Below the pieces are notes generated by a model, which saw nothing but the letters and a program-made list of their open reading frames with translations, ran no database searches and had not been told where the DNA came from. Source: Isurus oxyrinchus (Eukaryota). From it: 64,000 nt of DNA. The position numbers were made by a program, and so were the translations under genes. Positions 40,906 through 53,092 of this stretch are shown one piece after another; within the stretch, counting starts at the first letter, position 1; each line of letters starts with the position of its first letter. The DNA is taken from contig JANJGN010000049.1 of the NCBI GenBank assembly GCA_026770705.1, forward strand, positions 2,418,001 to 2,482,000. The letters run 5' to 3'.

Positions 40906-40972
40906 AGTTTCTGACATGGTGCGTCTCACATTGATACTGGATGGCACAGTCGTTACTGTTAATGCAAAAACC
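40906..40972 (+). other. IGHD: DH2 segment ATACTGGATGG (40934-40944) with 12/12 RSSs; 5' heptamer aberrant
   Basis: AGTTTCTGA-12-CACATTG | D | CACAGTC-12-GCAAAAACC. Confidence 0.88.
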
Positions 40973-41298
40973 TCATCGGGGCTAATTGATTGCATTTCGG
41001 TCAAAGCATTTTTTTCTTACAATACAACTATATTAAACAGACTCCTATCTGTGCCTGGAGCTCCCCAACTGACAGGTTTCAAGAGGTGCTAAAGTGTTAA
41101 TTATTAAATCAGTGGTTGCTGATTTCAATGCATGATCATCAGATACTCCGTGAAATACAAATAAAACAGTGTAATTTATAAAGTTTTAAAAATATTTCGC
41201 AATTTTACATTTTTGATAAAGTCGATCATGATTTTACTTTGCCTCTCGGTTCGTAACATTTAAATTAATATTGAATTTCTCCCCTTGTGTGCAGAACT

Positions 41299-41337
41299 GG
41301 TCATTGTGTGACCCAGATCAGCGAATGTAACACTGTG
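41299..41337 (+). other. JH 5' RSS, 23-bp spacer
   Basis: GGTCATTGT (41299-41307), 23 nt, CACTGTG (41331-41337). Confidence 0.88.
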
Positions 41338-41385
41338 ACTATATGGAATACTGGGGACAAGGAACCATGGTGACGGTGACTGCAG
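41338..41385 (+). CDS. IGHJ: JH segment (YMEYWGQGTMVTVTA)
   Basis: WGxG motif, preceded by an RSS, phase-1 donor G|GTAAG. Confidence 0.95.
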
Positions 41386-43314
41386 GTAAGAAACATGCCT
41401 TCATTCTGCGCTGTTGGATTTGCTTCATTGTTTCACATTTCTGTTTATTTTAGTCATTAATTTGTTAACCGAAACTTTGCATTCTGTGTTTACAATGTTT
41501 CATTTAATTATGCTGCAAAGGGATTGAACAATTCTCCTGCTTCTCGGCAAAAAAATAGCTATGGGAATTTTAAGGACTTGTTTGTGTGATTTGCCTTTTA
41601 TCTGCTGATGAGGCTTTGTGCCTGGTTTACTTTAAATATATGAGTTTTGTTAAACAGTTTGGTGTTTCTAACATGTTTAATCTCGGTGACATCTGATTGC
41701 TGCAGGTTTTCTAATCGACTGATTACATTGTGTTTAAAAGTGTTGGAAATAAGATTATAGACAGGAAACCGAGTGCTATCAAGGTCAAAAATGTCATTTT
41801 ATACTTTGGGTTTTAAAATAAATGTTTGCCATTTTTATTTGTGTTTAACTGCGCTGTAAAATATCAATATAATGCTGACCAACGTTCATCTTAAATAAGT
41901 GAAATGCTACGATAACTAAGAGCAACAGGGTTAACAAATTTACTGCCTGGGTCAGGATTAAATTAAAACAACTTGAAACATTAAAATGCAGTAATGTCGC
42001 CAGATATTACTAAAGTATACAGTGAAAATCAACACAATGCATTAAACATGATGCATCGAAGTACAATTCTCCCATTGTTTCATATTTCTGTTTATTTTAA
42101 TAAATGACTTGTTCAATGAAAGGCGATTTCTGTGCGATGTATTGAGGTTGATTTGAAATGTTGCATCTGATTCTGCTGAAAGGACTTAGGTAATTAAGCA
42201 GTTGTTGGATTCAGTCTCTCGGTGTTGTGATTTGGTGTTAAGTGCTGAGGAGAGTATGTGCCTGGGTTACTTTGAACAGTTAAAGCTCGTGGAACTGTTT
42301 GGTGATTCTACAACGCGTATTTTCGATCACATCTACCGCGTGTTGATGATGTGCTTAAACCATTGTGAAGGAAGGTTATAGTTATAAAGCAGGCAGGCTT
42401 TTTAATCAATTGTGATAGATATATTGATGCATTTTTATTTCAGTGCTAATTGCAGATTCAAAAATTAATATTTTGTTTCCGATATTCCTATTTAATACTT
42501 AAGGTAATAATGCAATGTTAAAGGACATAACCAGCGAATTTCAACTGTGATGGGGAGTTAAATGAATATAACTCAAATGGTTATAACGCGGTAATATTTC
42601 CCAAGATTACAACAATAAAAAATATTATTGTTAGACATTTAGCAGATAATCTGTGCTATCCACAACTATGCTGCAAACACAGCACAATTAATATCAGCCG
42701 GACAAATGCAGAGGTTCCAGCAATTTCCATTGTGTTTTTTTTTAAATTATAATACACACTGATCGCACTGCAGTGTTTAGTTTGAACAAGGATTTTAAAT
42801 TATTTGGTTCCTCCCTGGTTAACGCAGGTTGAAAGGTGCTAATTAATTATCAATATTAAATGCATTTTGTAAATTGCAGCAAGCTAATTTAATATATCTG
42901 CCGAGTTGCTGAAGCTTTGCTGTGCAGCCAAACAGCGCTGTTCCTTCAATTTTGGTGTAGCCCATTATCACTAAACTAATCTTAAACAGTTTGCCTTTAA
43001 GGAATTGCTCAATAATTCAATTCAAATTCAGAGAAAGTTCAGAACGCATATGGCTGGAGATGGACAAACATTGCTATTGAAGCAGGTTGTCTTAATTATA
43101 AATGTAACTTTTGAATTGAAGAACAACAACCAATCTTGCAAAACTGTGAGATATACGGGTTGAGTTAAATGGGAACTACCTTTAATTCTCATTAAAATCG
43201 TTGTTCTTTTTGCTCGTTGAGTTTCAGTGTCTCAGGTGATGCAGAGGAATTGTTATCTCTCAGTTCTGCATTGGTGATTGTGGATCTTAATTTCAATAAG
43301 TAGCATTACATATT

Positions 43315-43510
43315 TAAACAAAAAAATGCTGAAAAAATACTCAGCAGGACTGGCAGCATCTGTCCGTGGAAAAGCAGAGATCTAAAGAAGAGTCATATGG
43401 ATTCGAAATGTTAACTCTGTTTCTCTCTCCACTGATGCTTCCAGACGTGCTGAGTTTTGCCAGCATTTTCCGTTTTTATATCAGATTTCCAGCATCCGCA
43501 GCATTTTATC
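43315..43510. mobile_element. Two Penelope-like terminal fragments in inverted arrangement in the J-C intron
   Basis: AAAATGCTG...ACTCAGCAGGACTGGCAGCATC is followed by its approximate reverse complement GATGCTTCCAGACGTGCTGAGTTTTGCCAGCATTTT. Confidence 0.65.
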
Positions 43511-45714
43511 TTCATTATATATTTGAAACACATTTACGTGCATTGTGTGGATTACGGGAATGGTACATCGAAGTTTGGCTGTATTATTATCAAGCGGAGG
43601 CTCCGAAAATGGCGACAAACTGCCAGGGCTACATTAATTATTAAAAATAAAACTGCTGTTGAAATGTGGGATGATATTTAAACTCCGGACTCCTGCTTTA
43701 GTGACTAGAGGATGTTGCACTCCATGTTTTATTACCGATATGAGTACCCGGATAGTGCTTGAACAATTTTAAGCTGCCCACTTATAAATATATCATGTGA
43801 AATACACGTTTAGAACAGAAGAGCTTTTACGTCGTGCAAACATAATCACAAACATGAAAATCTTACACTGGTGTAGATATAAGAACACATTCTTATAAAT
43901 TGTTGATCATCTTAATTTATTAAAAGTAATATAATGTATTTGTCCGAAAGTGTATGGAATTATTTGATTAATTTAAGAAGTATCACCTTAATTTAATTAA
44001 GCCTATTATTAACAAGAGACAAATCAGAAGAAGAATAAAATTATTTACAAATTTGGCATAATGGAGTTAAATAGCACCAATATGAAAATAGAGTCTAAGA
44101 TCAGTACGAATTAATTACAAAAAAAATCTCTCAAATGTGCTGCACTGAGTCCAGGATTAAAGTTAAAACTCATTGTTGGAGAATTTTTAAAATTATTTTC
44201 AATTAACTTGGAAAGCAACATGTTTCTCACTCAACTACCTTTAGCTCCATTGGATGTTGCTCTACAATTTAATTAATTATCTTCGTGTTTTGCCTCAGCA
44301 GTTTCAATGATTATATATTATTCTGAAATTATGTCAGTGAATAATAGGAGTTCAGTGTAAATATCTCCCAATTTGTTAAATTCTTGCTCTGTTACAATGT
44401 CCCTGTTATAGACATAAATTACCATGAATGTAAATTATTTTGATGCACCTGTTCTCAGCCAAACTAACTCTAAGGCTGTTGTGAAAGCTGTACACAGACA
44501 GGGAGAAATTGAGTCTCGTCAAATGGAGTTTTTCCATTTAGAATCAAAATAATTTCACAGAAGTGACATGGTTATAAATTTACAAACGTTTTAATCTATT
44601 CAAACGGATTAATGGATGCTGGAGAAATCTATCTTTAATAGACTGATTTTTGCATTGTTTATGTCTGTTCTGCTTCTTTGTGCGTGGTCACTGTGCGAGA
44701 ATCAGGAGCCTTTTGGCTGTTTGTGATCTTCTTGGTTCATTCTCCTGTAATTCAGGGAATTAATTTCAGACCATTTATTTAAGAAGTTTGTATATCCGAA
44801 AAAGGTGCAAGTCTGTTCTTAAGTTTGGGAATGTGTCTCAGAAATAAGATCAGTATCCCAGTTTGTGGAATTCAGAAGGAATGCAAAGTGTAGAAAGATA
44901 TTTTTCCTGTTCAGTGTTTGCTGTATCAGAGCCTGTGGTTTGTTGATGGTCCAGTCTAATCGCAAGTTTTAACTAACAATGCGGAATAGAGGGCGTTTTA
45001 GAATGCATCCCACCATTAATATTCCTGAAATACAGCGCTTCACAGGACTGTGCAAAGAGAGTTTTAGTATAATTCACCTGTTCTGTATCTGACATGAGAG
45101 TGTTGGCACTCTCAATATTCAAGGAACTTTAATCAGTATCAAACGCATTGGGCAAGAGTAGTCCGAATTAGATATGTAAAAGTAAATGATTCAATTCCTC
45201 GAATGAAGTAGCAGATCGTTAATTTAACGTACATTTCATTCTAAAAAAAGCCAAGATAATGATTAAGGGATGATTATTAAACATTTTCAATAGCAGATAA
45301 TATTTGAATCAGATTGGCCTGATCTAAAGTTCAATTTCAGGACAGCTACAGGAAGTCACTGTAATGTTACCTTCTGAGATATGATCGAATCTGAAAATAA
45401 ACTGTGCAACTTAAATAGACAGTATGGTGTCTTACTCCTTGTCTAACGGAAACTACAGTGGGAATGAGAGCTGGAAAAATATGAATTTAACTTAACTCAA
45501 TGCACAACCTGATTCCAACTGCCCGAAGTACATTTGATGAACTATCAGAGAGGCAATTTTACTCTTGTTCCAAGGCCTTACTAGGGCTGTGGGTTTTATG
45601 TGGAACTTCAATGTTCTTCTCTCTTGTATCTAATCAGTACAGTCTGTGAACTGTGAACGTTTGATTGTGCAGTGTAGATGGAACGCCTTTTTCTGAACAT
45701 TTATGTATTCATGC

Positions 45715-46465
45715 ATCCATTTTCCATCCATCGATGCAAAGATGGNNNNNNNNNNNNNNNNNNNNNNNNNNNNNNNNNNNNNNNNNNNNNNNNNNNNNNN
45801 NNNNNNNNNNNNNNNNNNNNNNNNNNNNNNNNNNNNNNNNNNNNNNNNNNNNNNNNNNNNNNNNNNNNNNNNNNNNNNNNNNNNNNNNNNNNNNNNNNNN
45901 NNNNNNNNNNNNNNNNNNNNNNNNNNNNNNNNNNNNNNNNNNNNNNNNNNNNNNNNNNNNNNNNNNNNNNNNNNNNNNNNNNNNNNNNNNNNNNNNNNNN
46001 NNNNNNNNNNNNNNNNNNNNNNNNNNNNNNNNNNNNNNNNNNNNNNNNNNNNNNNNNNNNNNNNNNNNNNNNNNNNNNNNNNNNNNNNNNNNNNNNNNNN
46101 NNNNNNNNNNNNNNNNNNNNNNNNNNNNNNNNNNNNNNNNNNNNNNNNNNNNNNTCTATCANNNNNNNNNNNNNNNNNNNNNNNNNNNNNNNNNNNNNNN
46201 NNNNNNNNNNNNNNNNNNNNNNNNNNNNNNNNNNNNNNNNNNNNNNNNNNNNNNNNNNNNNNNNNNNNNNNNNNNNNNNNNNNNNNNNNNNNNNNNNNNN
46301 NNNNNATCTATATATCTGTCGACCTGCTTATCTTGTCTATCTGTCTTTCTGTCTGTCTCTATCTTCTATCACTCTCTATCGCTCTTTCTCTATTGCTGTC
46401 TCTCTCTATCTATCCATCCATCTGTTTATCCGCCTGTCTCTCTCTCTCTTTCTCTATCGCTATCG

Positions 46466-46543
<78 letters not shown>

Positions 46544-46850
46544 AGATCTGTCTATCTATGTATCTGTTCACCTGCCTATCTTGTCTATCTGTCTGTCTCT
46601 ATCTTCTATCACTCTCTATCGCTCTGTTTCTATCGCTCTCTCTCTCTATCCATCCATCCGTTTATCTGCCTGTCNNNNNNNNNNNNNNNNNNNNNNNNNN
46701 NNNNNNNNNNNNNNNNNNNNNNNNNNNNNNNNNNNNNNNNNNNNNNNNNNNNNNNNNNNNNNNNNNNNNNNNNNNNNNNNNNNNNNNNNNNNNNNNNNNN
46801 NNNNNNNNNNNNNNNNNNNNNNNNNNNNNNNNNNNNNNNNNNNNNNNNNN
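45715..46850. repeat. (TCTA)n/(TCTG)n simple repeat with N runs (45746-46154, 46162-46305, 46675-46850)
   Basis: Direct reading. Confidence 0.9.
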
Positions 46851-47625
46851 TAATAATTGATTATTTGTAAACATCATTGAGAATTGGCAAATTTGGAGAG
46901 CTAATTCAGAATTGTGATTGGCCGAAAGCCAACTGTCCATGCCATCAAATAGTCTCATTGATCAACTCTGGGTCATGCTTTATAAAAGTGCTAAAAAATT
47001 GTCTGTAAGAAAATGAAGCTAGTCCATCCACCGGTTGGAGTTACATAATCTTTAGAGCAAATGTTGCCAAGCATCATCCACGTTTATCCTCTGAAAATGA
47101 CAACATGTTGATCATGAAACTATAATAAATTAGCATAAAAACCCCTCTGGCCCACTGATGTCCTTCATGGAAGATAATCGGCCATCCTGGCCCAGAGATA
47201 GGTAAATGTTACTGCATTAAATTAGTCATTTGCTGGTGAGAAGAGGTTGATAGTAAAATACTTTAAGCGAGAGCTCAGTGGAAATATTGTGGAAGGGTCT
47301 AAAGTGAAAGTATTTGAGGAATGATTGATGTTTTCCTCCACAGAGGAACAAGGGCTGGAGGAAGCCCAGGTTACAATATCCCTTATTTAACAGGCAATTA
47401 TGTGGCCTCGTGGGCAATATTTCCCTTTTCCGACTTGTGCCTCATCTTGTGTACAAGACTGGCCATCATGGCGGCGTGTCCCGTCGGGCATATCAACTCC
47501 TAAATGCAATTTATGACAAGGATATTTTGGAAATTAATTATCCCAATATTAAACTTCGAACAATTTGCTTATTTTATACTCACGAATCACATTTTTAACT
47601 TGTTCAATTGACTTTTCGTTCGCAG

Positions 47626-47925
47626 ACACACCGTCTCCCTCCACCCTCTACGCTCTGCTCTCCTCCTATGAACAAGCAAACACTGCTGGCTCCGTCACCT
47701 ACGGCTGTTTGGCTGCGGACTACTCCCCCGAAATCACCAGCGTTTCCTGGAAGAAAGATCAAGAGACGATCACAGCTGGATTGAAGACTTACCCATCAGT
47801 GCTGAACAAGAAGGGAACCTACACCCTGAGCAGCCAGTTAACCATCACCGAATCTGAGGTGGGAAGCAGCACAATCTACTGCGAGGTTCGACGGAGTGGA
47901 TCGGTCTGGCTGAAGGAAATGCCAG
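47626..47925 (+). CDS. IGHM: IgM constant exon Cmu1
   Basis: CGCAG acceptor, G|GTTCG donor. (D)[16 protein letters not shown]...[19 protein letters not shown]...[33 protein letters not shown] is a C1-set domain typical of shark mu CH1. Confidence 0.95.
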
Positions 47926-48059
47926 GTTCGTGTTGTGGGATGCACATGGCGGCAGTGGTGGGGCTGGGTGAAGGGGGAACGTGGTCAGCAAATGAGTTAT
48001 GTTCAAATTCTGCATCACATGGGTTAGAATGGAGTTAGAGTTTTGTGTATAGTTCAGGT

Positions 48060-48790
48060 GCTCATATGACACTTAGTGTGGATACCTGTATTCTCCACAG
48101 CACACTTAATGGTTTGTGTAGAGTTCTGGCCTCTATATCACACTTTGTGTGATATGTACAGCTCTGGTCTCCACATCATAGTTATTGTACTGTCGATAGC
48201 TTTGTTCTCCACATCACAAAGTAGTGTACTGTGTATAATTAAGGCCTCCACATCACAATAGATGTACTGTGTGCAGTTATCCCCCTCCAAATCACATCGA
48301 GTACACTGTATGTAGTTCTGGTTTCCACGTAAGAAGAATGCTACAGGGGCGTTGCAATAGGAGCTAAACTACGTACAAGGACAATACCAGAGCTGATAGA
48401 TTACTTCTGTTAAGTAACAGCGGGTTGGTGGTCTATTCTCTACAAAATAAAAAGTTGTGTTGTGACCGAATAAAGGTCCTCAGACTTCTGAAATAATTTG
48501 ATAGATTAGACAAGAATTAGAGCTCATGTTAACAACAGAATGTAAAAAAAAAACAATTTGCAAATCTGAATCTTCTTTACACAAAGAGTAAGCACAAGAT
48601 GGGAATTTCTGGAGGTGAGACGTTACCGAGACCCTATTGAGGGGAATCTAAATAGGTACATGAGGGAGATTGTAATGGAGGTGGTTTTTAAACTGCGAGG
48701 TGAAATAGGGCGAGGATGTTCGTGTGGATCCTAAACTCCAGCATTGAACTATGGGGCCGCCTGGCCTCGTTCTGTCCTGTGGATTTTATG
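48060..48790 (+). mobile_element. CR1 3' fragment with a ~38-bp tandem amplification at ~48090-48330
   Basis: Repeated GTACTGTGT..AG(T/C)TCTGGTCTCCACATCAC-like units, then a CR1-like 3' end (TGGGGCCGCCTGGCCTCGTTCTGTCCTGT). Confidence 0.55.
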
Positions 48791-48863
48791 TAAATTGTTT
48801 TAGAGTTTTTAATTGTTTGGTTTGAAGCAAAATTAATTCCTAATAATATGCATTTTCTTGCAG

Positions 48864-49175
48864 ATATTGTGGTGCATCATCCGACTGTTCTCCTCACCGT
48901 GAGCCCCAGTGAAGAAATCACAAGCAGCAGATTTGCAACCATCGTCTGTTCAATCGTTGATTTCCGTCCAAATTCAATCAAGGTGAAATGGCTGAAGAAT
49001 GGACAGGCCATGGCCTCGGGCTTCGTCACCTCTCCCAGCTTTGAAGTGAACGGGAACTTCTCGGCGACCAGTCGCTTGACAGTCCCCGCTGGGGACTGGT
49101 TCAGTCACATGCTCTATACCTGCCTGGTCACTCATAAAGGGGTCACTCAAAGCCGAAACATCACTAAACCTGAGG
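48864..49175 (+). CDS. IGHM: IgM constant exon Cmu2
   Basis: TTGCAG acceptor, G|GTAAG donor. [31 protein letters not shown]...WLKNG...[15 protein letters not shown]...YTCLVTH. Confidence 0.95.
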
Positions 49176-49699
49176 GTAAGAGACACAACCCGAGAAAGCT
49201 CAAGGCTTTTCTTGGTGCCAATCTCTGTCCAAGCCAAGAAATAGTTTGGAATGATTAAAAGTCAGAGAATGTGTCCCATTTGCCAATTTTCCCGTTTGGG
49301 TTTCCTGCCAAAGGAAACAAAAACACACTGAAGAAATCCTTTCATTTATACAGCGTCTTCCCCAGCATCAGATTCTCCCAAAACACTTAGCAGCCAATGA
49401 ATGACCGTGGAAATGTGCTCATTGTGGTAAAGTAGAATATTCAGCAGCGATTTGCTGCACAACAGTCACCAAGACCCTGGGACATGATGCTGACAGGAGT
49501 TATTTATTTATTTATTGATTTCATTCTGTTTGTTCAGGGACACATGTCCAGGAAACACACACACTTCAGCTAAGCATTTCGAACTTTTTCTTTTCATTTT
49601 TATTTCAAGTTTCCAGCAATATTTGGCTTTTAGAACTAAAGAACATTATTGGTTTTGCTGTTGGGGAGAGTTAAACTAACTCAGGAGGAGCGTGGGAGC

Positions 49700-51715
49700 A
49701 ACGAGAGAATTTCACCATGTAATAGCATGGATTCTGGGAGAGGCAGCTAACTCTGAAAGAGGGAATATTCAGTTAATAGATGGAGTCAGGATAACGGAGC
49801 AAGCAATGAATTCTAAATCAGCATTGCAATGCATGTATATGCATGCATGGAAAATAGTTAATAAAATTTGGGAGTTACAGGCACAGATTGCCTTTTGGGA
49901 TTATTATGATGGGGCGATAACGGAGACCTAATTGAAGGAATGACAGAATTGACTGTTAATTATTCCTAGCTACAAGATGTTCATAAAAGACAGGAAATGA
50001 CACAAACTGGGGGCGAGGCCGTGGTGGCGTTTTTGTTTAAGGAGAGTATTGCAGTACTGGCGAAAAATAATGTGTCAGGCGATTCAAGGACAGAACCAAT
50101 TTGGCTGGAGCAAAGGAATAAGAAGGGTGCAATTACATTGTTGGTGTAATGTATAGACCACAATAGTTAGTGGGGAGATAGAGAGGAGCAAGGAAATAAC
50201 AGAGGTGTAAACATCATCGAGTAGTTATAATGGAGGGAGGAGGGGTTCATTATCTGATTATATACTGGGATAGTGGGACCATAAGGGACAGTGAGGGAGC
50301 AGCATTCCAGGATTATACCCTGGAGAATTTGCTACAGCAGTGTGTGTCCATTGCAAGATGAAAGGAGGCACTGCTAGGCCTGGTTCTTGGAATGAGGTGG
50401 GCCAAGTAAACAAACTGATAGGAGGGAAGCATTTAGGGCACAGTGATCATTGTATCATAAGGTTTAGGATGACGGTGGAAAATGACATTGATCAATCCAG
50501 GGTAAGAATAGCCAAATGGCAGATAGCGGACTTCAATGGGGCAATAATGGGGCTGGGCCTGATAGACTGGAACCAAAGGTTGGTGGGAAAAACATTAGCT
50601 GAACAATGAGCTCCTTCAAAGAGGAGATGGTTTCGGCACAGTGAAAGTATGTTCCCTCAAAAAGGAAGGCCAGGCGAAACAGGTCCGGAGCTCCCTGGAT
50701 GGCAAAGGAGGTAGAAATTAAGTTAAGGAAGAAAAAATGTGCTTACAACACGTGTCAGGTAGCAAATACATTTGAGAATCCAAGCTGAATACAGCAGGTT
50801 TAGAAAGGATGTGTAAAAGCAAATACAAGAAGCAAAGAGAGATTATAAAAAAAGACGGACAGCTAACAAGAAAGGAAATCCCAAAGTATTCTATAAGCAT
50901 ATCAATCGTAAAAAGGTTGTAAAAGGAGGAATAGGCCGATTAAGGATCGAAAATGGGATTTACACATATAGGCAAGAGGCATGGCTGAAGTGTTAAATTA
51001 ATATTTTGCATCAGTTTTTACCTTTAGGTAGATGCTGCCCAGGCCATGGTGACAGAATAGGAAACTCAGTCACCATAAAGGGTTTGAAATTGCTAAGGAT
51101 GAGGTATTGCATCAACTGTTGGCTCTTAAAGTTGATAAGGCAAGGGACAGGGTGAGATGCGTCCAAGAGTATTGAAGGGAGTGAGAGTGGAAATTGCAGA
51201 AACACTGACAATAATCTTTCAGCATTCCCTGCATTTGGGGGAGGTGCTGGAGGACTGGAGAATTGCAAATATTACGCCCTTATTAAAAACAAGTTTGAAA
51301 AGTGATCCCTGCAAATACAGACGAGTTAGTTTAACTTCGGGGGTGGGGAAACTTCTAGAAACAATTATTCCAGATGGAATTAATATCATGTGGGATAATG
51401 TAGATTGTTTAGGAAGAGTCATCATGGATTTATTAAAGGAAAATCCTGTATAATTAGCTTGCTAGAGTTTTTTCAAGAGGTAACAGAGATGGTTAATGAG
51501 GGCAAGGCCGTTGATACGGGCTATATGGACTTCCAAAAGATGTTCGATACAGTTCCACACAACAGACCTGTGAGGAAAGTTATAGATCATGGAATTAAAG
51601 GGACAATAGCTAAGTGGATAAATATTTATATATATATAAATGATCTAGATCTTGGTTTGCAGGGGACAGTTTAAAGGTTTGTGGACGACCCAAAACTTGG
51701 GAGAATTTGGGGAAA
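49700..51715 (+). mobile_element. Decayed CR1 LINE ORF2 (APE endonuclease plus RT) in the Cmu2-Cmu3 intron, internally deleted
   Basis: CMYMHAWKIVNKIWELQAQI...AITET, LGHSDHCIIRF, EDWRIANITPL...YRRVSLTSGVGKLLETII and HGFIKGKSC...YMDFQKMFDTVPH. The RT jumps to IYINDLD at ~51630. Confidence 0.88.
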
Positions 51716-52780
51716 TTTGACGTCACGCTGACAAAGCAGGTATTCACGGGCCTTAATAGTTGATGTTGAAGTCGGTGCCTCCCACAATACAATACTCACC
51801 CAGTAATACATTGCTGGTATCAGCTACACTTGTGTTCAAACATCTGGAGTGGGGATTGAACCCATGTTCGTTCTGAATCAGAATCACCCGGTGTCCAGAA
51901 TTCCATCAACTCACAAAACACGGTGACATTTTGTTCAAAGGTTGGACAGTGAGTGATGGTTTTAGTTTTATCCGAAATTGATTGATCATATTATGAGTAG
52001 GATCGGTGTGTGCAGGCCTTTACTGGTAATTGCCCACGACCTCAATCCTGACAAAGATGTGCACATTATTTCTGCTGCTGTTTTCAGATTGAGCAGCGCT
52101 GATTGGAGTTTGCATAATCTCGGCTGCCTCCCTTTGAGTACAAAAGTCTACTGAGTGATCGAATTGCGGTGTTTCGGTTAATTAATAAAACTGGAAGTAG
52201 GGAGAAAATGTTTAGTCCTCCAAATTAGAGATAGGAAAATTCTAAGGAAAGTGATTTTGGCAACATTTGCCTCACACTGTGAAATATTATCACTTTCATT
52301 TTCCCCAAGAATTTCTGAGGCTGCGACTCAATTGATATCTCAAAAAAAGAGATTAACATTTTTTTTTGAAAATGTTATCGCACGTGACAGAACGGGGAGG
52401 ATAAATGGGGTTAAGGCACACATTATTCTTACAGAGAGACATAGAGAACTGAATGGTCTCCTCCTGTGCTGTTAGCATTCTATCATTCTCTGATTCCTTG
52501 ATATCGGGACGAGTGATATTCTGTCTGTAAGACGATTGTACCTGAATTTATTCACATTGTTGGACCGGCATTTGGTTTAGTCATTCCCAGTGGTGCTGGC
52601 TGGAAAAACCCAGGGAATGTTATGGAGTCTCCCGGAATTATTGCAAGTCACTGACCTTCAAATAATGAAGGCGTTAACACGGCAGGGGCAGGTCAAATAA
52701 ATATTCCCTTCGTGAGAATGAAAGCTGTATACCGGGTTTCTGATTCTGAAGATGGTGTTTTGGTTGACATTAATTCACAG

Positions 52781-53092
52781 TTCCCGACTGCAACGACGCC
52801 GTAATTACTCTACAGCCGCCGCCAATAGCACAGGTCTTACTGGAGGCGACAGTGACCTTAACCTGTATCGTGAGTAACGCCCCTTATGGAGTCCTCGTGT
52901 CCTGGACACAAGAACAGAAGCCTTTGAAATCAGAGATTGCTGTCCAGCCGGGAGAGGATCCTAACAGCGTGGTTAGCCACCTGAACATTTCAACACAAGC
53001 CTGGCTGAGTGGGGCTGAGTTCTACTGCGTGGTGAGCCATCAGGATCTGCCGACTCCTTTAAGAAATTCCATCCACAAGGAAGAACGTGATG
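52781..53092 (+). CDS. IGHM: IgM constant exon Cmu3
   Basis: TCACAG acceptor, G|GTGAGA donor (an alternative same-phase GT lies at 53087). (V)[41 protein letters not shown]...[20 protein letters not shown]. Confidence 0.93.

Noticed and set aside
39816-41385. Germline-joined VD/VDJ, IgNAR or IgM1gj-type gene
   Set aside because: V, D1, D2 and J are separate and RSS-flanked. The V has a full FR2/CDR2 (not NAR), and all four Cmu exons including Cmu2 are present.
45665-46958. Long ORFs, or a possible switch region, in the J-C intron
   Set aside because: The ORFs are artefacts of N runs and (TCTA)n. The tract lacks dense AGCT/G-rich switch-type repeats. The N-masked ~730 bp cannot be assessed.
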